Origin: Opitutaceae bacterium
GTDB lineage: Bacteria > Verrucomicrobiota > Verrucomicrobiia > Opitutales > Coraliomargaritaceae
NCBI GenBank assembly: GCA_051252375.1
Contig: JBPOFY010000001.1
Coordinates: 256,001 to 320,000 of the forward strand
Direction of reading: 5' to 3'
Length of the DNA: 64,000 nt
How positions within the stretch are numbered: position 1 is the first letter of the stretch; each line of letters begins with the position of its first letter. The notes beneath the pieces were generated by a model. The model saw only the letters and a program-made list of their open reading frames with translations, searched no databases and was not told the origin of the DNA. Of this stretch, positions 59,961-64,000 are shown piece by piece. The translations under genes were made by a program, and so were the position numbers.

Positions 59961-60047
59961 GAACGTCGAACTTTGAACGTCCAACGTCCAATGATAAATG
60001 GTCTGTTCATTCGAGATTCAGAGTTCGATGTTGGACGTTCAATGTTC
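59961..60047. repeat. Intergenic inverted pair of heptamer tracts with no gene inside
   Basis: gaacgtc gaacttt gaacgtc caacgtc caatgat, then ttcattc gagattc agagttc gatgttg gacgttc aatgttc. Confidence 0.92.
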
Positions 60048-60838
60048 TACCTCACCGCTTGCCAGACTCGGAGCAGACTCTCGATCAACTCAGGCAGCTC
60101 ATTTAGCGGCACTTGGCTGGCAGCATCAGAAATCGCCTTTTCCGGATTAGGGTGCGTTTCGAGGAAGACGCCATTTGCTCCAGCAGCGAGCGCAGCACGT
60201 GCGAGAGGCGGCACGAACTCACGTTGCCCTCCGCTGATTCCACCTGCGGCACCGGGCAACTGCACACTGTGCGTCGCATCAATAATCGTAGGATGACCAT
60301 TGCCCGCCATGATGCTGAAACTACGCATATCCACGACGAGATTCTGGTAACCAAATGTGGTGCCGCGGTCCGTTTGCCAAATTTCTTTAGCCCCAGCCTC
60401 TTCGAGTTTATTGGTCACAAAAGTCATTTCATAGGGCGAAAGGAACTGCCCCTTTTTAACGTTGATCGCGCAATCCGTTTGAGCGGCAGCAACTAGGAGA
60501 TCGGTCTGCCGACAGAGGAAAGCAGGGATCTGCATAGCATCCACAACCGCACCGACGGTGGCGCATTGCTCGGGCAAGTGAATATCGGTTACCGTTTTAA
60601 AACCATATTCGGCCTTAATCGTTTGGAAAATTTCCAGACCGCCTTCGAGGCCAGTGCCGCGATCACTTTGGATAGATGTGCGATTGGCCTTATCAAAAGA
60701 TCCCTTGAAGAGGATGTTCAGCTCCGGGTGTTTTTGCTGTAGCGCCGCCAGTGCATCCGCCACCGGACGGCAAGTGTCGAGACTTTCCAGAGAGCAAGGG
60801 CCTGCGAGGAGCAAAAGTTTATTCGGGTCGTAAATCAT
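60047..60838 (-). CDS. kdsA: 3-deoxy-8-phosphooctulonate (KDO8P) synthase
   Basis: [51 protein letters not shown]; start set to the ATG at 60838. Confidence 0.96.
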   Translation of the reverse strand: MIYDPNKLLLLAGPCSLESLDTCRPVADALAALQQKHPELNILFKGSFDKANRTSIQSDRGTGLEGGLEIFQTIKAEYGFKTVTDIHLPEQCATVGAVVDAMQIPAFLCRQTDLLVAAAQTDCAINVKKGQFLSPYEMTFVTNKLEEAGAKEIWQTDRGTTFGYQNLVVDMRSFSIMAGNGHPTIIDATHSVQLPGAAGGISGGQREFVPPLARAALAAGANGVFLETHPNPEKAISDAASQVPLNELPELIESLLRVWQAVR

Positions 60839-60934
60839 GCACGCATTAAGTGCGATACTTCGACGATCGCCAAGCCGTAATCTATCGGGTGTTAAATGAC
60901 TTGGTTTTCCTGCGTGGCTTACTAGAAAGTAGCT

Positions 60935-61450
60935 GTGCTTCGTATAATCCAGTTCTGTCGCTTGTTGCCCATTTTGATTCTGGGTCTGCAGCATGTTGCC
61001 TCAGCAGGCGAACTGGATGAATATTTGAAACTGTATGAAGGACGCTGGGTCGGCTATTTCACCATTCACTCATCGGCAAATGGCTTCAGTGAAACGTTCC
61101 CGGTCGAACAACAGTATTGGCTAGCGAGTGGTAAGTTACATGGCGTTGCCGTTTCACAGCGCGACACGGGCATGGAAAGCGCACGCTCCACGACTTATAT
61201 TGTGGAGGACAAACTCGTCTCAGAGGTCACTCGTGGCAAAGAAGTCGAAATATTCATCGGCGTGCGCCACGATTCAGGAATACTTTGGCTACCCAAAGAA
61301 ATGGAGCGGGCAAACGACTATCAAATCAAAGAAACTTTCGTGGTAGCACACGGCCAACGCCTACTGAAGACGGATGGTTTTGATACATTCGTTCATGGAG
61401 ACGGGCTAGCCCACATCGTCTATCGTGGCGAACTCTCCTATAAGGAATAG
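60935..61450 (+). CDS. Hypothetical secreted protein
   Basis: Signal-peptide-like N-terminus, beta-rich composition, divergent from kdsA. Confidence 0.65.
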   Translation: MLRIIQFCRLLPILILGLQHVASAGELDEYLKLYEGRWVGYFTIHSSANGFSETFPVEQQYWLASGKLHGVAVSQRDTGMESARSTTYIVEDKLVSEVTRGKEVEIFIGVRHDSGILWLPKEMERANDYQIKETFVVAHGQRLLKTDGFDTFVHGDGLAHIVYRGELSYKE

Positions 61451-61516
61451 GCGCGGTGCATTGTCGATTAGTGGGAAACGCCTGCATATAGTCGAGGCAC
61501 GAAGTATTGAAACCCT

Positions 61517-61611
61517 GGAGGGAAACGCTCCGTCGTTTCCGAACGTATGACTTGCGGTAAGGTAATTTCGAGCGGCCCCTTACGAACGGCAATGACGGAG
61601 CATTGCCCTCC
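61517..61611. repeat. REP doublet, family D (GGAG-type)
   Basis: ggagggaaacgctccgtcgtttccg ... cggcaatgacggagcattgccctcc. Confidence 0.75.
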
Positions 61612-61694
61612 AAGTATCCACTGAATCTAAGCAGCATTCCCCGGTAAATGACGATGAACCAAATAAAAGGACTATTGCCTGCCAACAAACCACA

Positions 61695-62087
61695 TCACTC
61701 CTCGAGCTTATACCCTGGAGTTCCGTAGCTCGGCGCGAATTGGATGATGCTCACCACTGCGACCATTAGCACTGCGATTTGATTCTGCGGGTAATCGGCT
61801 CCGATAAGAAATAGAGCGAAAAAGATTGGCTGTTCCGACAACGCCAGCCCCACAATCAGAGCGACGAGCATCTTCTTTTGATCCTTTAGCTTTGGAATAT
61901 ACAGCCAGCGTAGGGCTGTCGCCAAAAGTATCGGACCTGCACACGCACCCCAGAGCCAAAATGCCATTGGCTCTGCGACATTATCACCTTCGGGAACGCC
62001 GCCACCAATGGCATATGGAATGATCAATGCAGATTGAAGGAAGGCGAACCATATAATCCAGAGGACGAATGCTTGTTGTTTACTCAT
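61695..62087 (-). CDS. Small hypothetical membrane protein (4 TM)
   Basis: Four hydrophobic segments; clean ORF between flanking genes. Confidence 0.7.
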   Translation of the reverse strand: MSKQQAFVLWIIWFAFLQSALIIPYAIGGGVPEGDNVAEPMAFWLWGACAGPILLATALRWLYIPKLKDQKKMLVALIVGLALSEQPIFFALFLIGADYPQNQIAVLMVAVVSIIQFAPSYGTPGYKLEE

Positions 62088-62154
62088 AATATCGAATAGC
62101 GATTGTCAGTTGTCCCCTACTCGTTTACCTAAAGTCTCATTCCCTGCAACTCGA

Positions 62155-62559
62155 ATGCCTGCACTCCTTAAAGAACTCTGTCTGATTATCGCCCTGACCG
62201 CAGCAGGTGCGGCTTACTCGCTTATAAGCGGGCAAGCACCGGCGCCTTGGACAGTCGCGGAACTGGACGCGGGTGAAATACGATTTGAAGACGCCACAAC
62301 AATCGACCCAATCTGGGTGGATGCGCGGCCGGAGAGCGCATATGACGAAGCGCACATCGAAGGGGCGATCTCGCTGAACGAAAGCAATTGGGATGACGCG
62401 CTCTTCAACCTAATGGGGCTCTGGCTGGAAACACCACGCCCCATTGTCGTCTATTGTTCGAGTGAAAGCTGTGGCACGAGCAAGCGAATCGCCGAACGTC
62501 TTAGGGCCGATCTCACGGACGCCGAGATCTATAGCCTGTTTGGAGGTTGGCAGCCATGA
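62155..62559 (+). CDS. Rhodanese-like domain protein
   Basis: WVDAR...Y..AHIEGA, IVVYC, L.GGW; start set to the ATG at 62155. Confidence 0.88.
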   Translation: MPALLKELCLIIALTAAGAAYSLISGQAPAPWTVAELDAGEIRFEDATTIDPIWVDARPESAYDEAHIEGAISLNESNWDDALFNLMGLWLETPRPIVVYCSSESCGTSKRIAERLRADLTDAEIYSLFGGWQP

Positions 62560-63011
62560 ACTCTCTTGATCTGAAAGCTCTCGTTCTCTTGGTTGTTCGC
62601 TTGGTCGTCGCCGCGACATTCATAATGGCGGCGCTCCCTAAAATCCAAGATCCGATCAGTTTCACTGCATCAGTTCAAGGCTTTCAACTCGTTGGCAGCA
62701 CGATGAGTAAATGGACCGCGTTAATTCTCCCTTGGTTCGAACTAGTCATCGGAATAGGGCTACTCGTGCCAGCTATCCGCCGCCTGAGTGGGACTTTTAT
62801 CGCAGCGCTTTTGTTGGTATTTATCGGATTACACGCCAGTGCTTGGGCGCGTGGGCTGGACATCTCTTGCGGCTGTTTTGGCACCGAAGCCGGAACCACA
62901 ACCGATTACCGGTTACTCATCCTACGTAATCTCATCTTATGCGCCGCAACAATCTGGGTGGTTCGACGTGATTGCGTTCGCGAAATCTCATTTTCCAGCC
63001 TTGCGCGGTAA
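62556..63011 (+). CDS. MauE/DoxX family membrane protein
   Basis: F..A...KI.DP..F, LPW.E...G..L, RGLDISCGCFG, RN. Confidence 0.88.
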   Translation: MNSLDLKALVLLVVRLVVAATFIMAALPKIQDPISFTASVQGFQLVGSTMSKWTALILPWFELVIGIGLLVPAIRRLSGTFIAALLLVFIGLHASAWARGLDISCGCFGTEAGTTTDYRLLILRNLILCAATIWVVRRDCVREISFSSLAR

Positions 63012-63038
63012 GGCATCCTGCATACCCGTTAACATTAC

Positions 63039-63701
63039 ATGATTCACAAAATCTGCACCTTCGGCCTTTTTTGCCTTATCGCAACCGCGCTCCAAGCCTC
63101 CACGCTTACTTGGGATCGCACGGAGGCACGTATCGAGCTCAAGCCAGACCAAGAGGAAGCGCGCGCCACATTTACCGTCACTAACAATGGCGATAAAACT
63201 GTGCGTATCGCACGGATCAAAACCAGCTGCGGGTGCACCGGCTCTATTTTAGATCGAAAAATCATCGAGCCTGGCGCTTCCACCGAGATCATTGGCACGT
63301 TCCATAAGGGCAAACGCCAAGGCTTAAACCACAATAAGCTCGAGGTCTTTCTCGATAGCCAGCCCGACTCAGTCGCGACACTCCACATGATTGTGCAAGT
63401 GCCCACGCTCATTGAGCTACAGCCGAAAATCGTCTATTGGAACAGCGAAGCAAGCAGAACCGAACGCAGCATTCGTGTCACCCTGGACAAGCGCTATGTC
63501 GACACTATCGCCGATATCAGTTATAATCGAGAGACGCTCACCATCGTTGAGGAAAGCGATCCAACCGGTAAGGCAGATCGCATACTGCGTATCACCCCGA
63601 AGTCTTTTAACTCTTTGCTCCGAGAAACCGTCGTCATCTCCGCGACAGGAAAAGATAAGATGACTGCTGATAATCGGCTACACGTATTTGTGCAGCCTTA
63701 A
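63039..63701 (+). CDS. DUF1573 domain secreted protein
   Basis: Signal peptide, F.VTN.GD..V.I..IKTSCGCT......I.PG. Confidence 0.88.
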   Translation: MIHKICTFGLFCLIATALQASTLTWDRTEARIELKPDQEEARATFTVTNNGDKTVRIARIKTSCGCTGSILDRKIIEPGASTEIIGTFHKGKRQGLNHNKLEVFLDSQPDSVATLHMIVQVPTLIELQPKIVYWNSEASRTERSIRVTLDKRYVDTIADISYNRETLTIVEESDPTGKADRILRITPKSFNSLLRETVVISATGKDKMTADNRLHVFVQP

Positions 63702-64000
63702 ACCCGGACTATGCAAACGCGTTCTCCAAACAAAGTTTCGTTTTCCATAAGTATTTAGAAATGTGCGCACCCAATAGGTGTTCACAAAACGCTTCGGCGA
63801 GAAGCGCACATCGCTGCCTTTCAGCCCTGCAGTCACGTATCAATATACGCTCCTTTGCGCTTTAGTTGCGGAGCACACTTCTCATCCTATTGCATAATCC
63901 GCGGTAAAAAAAGTGACACGTCACTTCCCGACACTGCCAAGATCATATTGATCGATTCGTTTTCGCAGTGTCGCACGCGTCATGCCAAGGATTTCAGCTG

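Noticed and set aside
59691..60296. 201-aa plus-strand ORF
   Set aside because: Overlaps rsmD and kdsA antisense, and its middle is a translation of the heptamer hairpin
63702..64000. Possible ncRNA or repeat at the right end
   Set aside because: A small hairpin (cgcttc..gaagcg) and weak periodicity only; truncated by the window and not identifiable

Overview
Bacterial DNA, most likely from a marine Verrucomicrobiota (Opitutia/Coraliomargarita-like). That assignment is an inference from protein types and C-terminal domains, not proven. About 50 kb (3.1-53.6 kb) is one co-oriented minus-strand surface-polysaccharide locus of about 43 genes. It encodes a pseudaminic-acid pathway (pseB/C/F/G/I) with a formyltransferase in place of pseH plus extra SDR/AKR redox modules, dTDP-sugar genes (rfbA, rfbB, vioA-like), a bacillosamine/QuiNAc-type block, and an aldolase-kinase-dehydrogenase-cytidylyltransferase-2xLicD cassette. 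It also has two sulfotransferases, three ATP-grasp ligases, two flippases, two initiating transferases, Wzy/WaaL-like proteins and many glycosyltransferases. The locus is headed by a GbsR/MarR regulator, an ops/JUMPstart-like leader and a four-helix-bundle (23S-IVS/Avd-like) gene. Flanks are a Y-family polymerase and a PQQ sugar dehydrogenase on the left, and housekeeping genes (smr, pdxH, trxB, tatD, rsmD, kdsA) with several REP-like palindrome families on the right. The most striking unexplained structure is a family of degenerate 7/8-bp periodic repeat tracts, often paired as inverted arms. These tracts enclose the four-helix-bundle gene, occur empty between genes, and sit in frame inside pseC, rfbB and the WaaL-like gene. 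No rRNA, tRNA, CRISPR array, reverse transcriptase or transposase was recognised.
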